From positions 135,413,116-135,472,000 of the forward strand of contig CM097883.1 of assembly GCA_044892505.1 (NCBI GenBank): a DNA stretch of 58,885 bases, in the 5' to 3' direction. The stretch comes from Schmidtea nova. Its lineage: Eukaryota. The notes below the pieces were generated by a model. That model was not told the DNA's origin. It did not search any database and saw nothing but the letters and a program-made list of their open reading frames with translations. Position 1 is the first letter of the stretch. The number at the start of each line of letters is the position of its first letter. Of this stretch, positions 57,850 through 58,885 are shown piece by piece. The translations under genes were made by a program, and so were the position numbers.

Positions 57850-58885
57850 AGTAATCAAAAATATTTGCAACAGGTGTGCAAACTAAACAAAGACATTGTT
57901 GTATGTGTGCATGTTGAATTAATTATTATTTGTCAAGTATGAAGCTTTTGCACATCAAAACCATCACAGAAGAGGTTCTGCTTCCAGGGTTCTGATCGCA
58001 ATGTTCTGCTTCCAGGGTTCTGATCGCAATGTTCTGCTACTAATATTGTTATTTATTCATTTAATTATTATTATTATTATTATTATCTTTCAAACTATAC
58101 AAAGACTTTGCAACACGCGTGCAAGTTAACAAAGACATTGCAACACACGTGCAAGGACTTTGCAACACGCGAGCAACATGAACAAAGACATTGCAATACA
58201 CATGCAAACTAAACAAGGACAAAACTAAACAAAGACATTGCAAGTTAACAAGGACTTTGCAACACGCGTGCAACATGAACAAAGACTTTACAATACATAT
58301 GCAAGTTAAACAAAGACATTTCAATGCCAAAAACTAAACAAAGACATTTCATTGCTTTATTTCATAACAAAGACATTTCAATGCCAAAAAACTAAACAAA
58401 GACATTTCATTGCCAAAAAACTAAACAAAGACATTTCATTGTCAAAAGAAAAAAAAAACTAAACAAAGACATTTCATTGCCAAATTTCATAACAAAGACA
58501 TTTCAATGCCAAGAAACTTAACAAAGACATTTCATTGCCAAATTTCATAACAAAGACATTTCATTGTCAAATTTCATAACAAAGACAATTCATTGCCAAA
58601 AAAAAAAACAAAGACAATTTATTGCCAAAAAAAAAAACTAAACAAAGACATATCAATACCAAAATACCTAAACAGAGACACGAACATTTACTAGCAGAAC
58701 ATTTACTATCAGAACATCTTTTGTGATGGTTTTTATCTGTCAAAGCTTATTACTCGAACATTTATTACAATTCAAAGATTATATATGTACTCTTAAACAT
58801 AGAATCTTTTCATAACAAAGACATATCATTGCCAAAACATCTAAACAAAGACATTTCAATCGCAAAAACATCTTAACAAAGACAT
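57850..58885 (+). repeat. AACAAAGACATT(TCATTGCC) minisatellite running to the window end
   Basis: Many copies of aacaaagacatt interspersed with tgcaacac.cg units. Confidence 0.88.

Noticed and set aside
56900-58885. CRISPR-like or coding interpretation of the terminal arrays (track ORFs 57130-57333, 57446-57712, 58061-58330)
   Set aside because: Variable-length low-complexity units without unique spacers in eukaryotic DNA; the ORFs are translation artefacts of satellites.

Overview
Visibly AT-rich eukaryotic DNA with short (51-113 nt) GT-AG introns; it resembles a planarian-like invertebrate, but that is inference only. The only host gene is the 3' end of a condensin I CAP-G (NCAPG)-like gene at 344-1102. 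The rest is nested mobile DNA: Tc1, mariner, Tigger, hAT/Buster, piggyBac, MULE, Gypsy and BEL remnants, a fragmented Maverick/Polinton (integrase, minor capsid, packaging ATPase, plus an adjacent TBP-like pseudogene), and a Pol-less LTR element (26318-34609) carrying gag, a DEDDh exonuclease and a captured SERCA first-exon fragment. The main unexplained signal is a family of ~3.1-kb elements. Two are complete (22063-25172 and 47495-50621) and four are partial. The complete ones start TGTTGGGCC, end CCAGCA and are flanked by exact 4-bp target-site duplications, but encode no transposase, RT or integrase. Family members share a CCAAT/TATA promoter with fixed 28-nt spacing, a predicted 5'UTR intron, an unknown ORF A, a coiled-coil ORF B (six diverged paralogs) and a terminal ~200-nt pseudoknotted cassette with compensatory base changes. 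They are either giant gene-carrying solo LTRs or an undescribed integrase-mobilised element. All alignments and translations beyond the ORF track were done by eye; no database searches were run.
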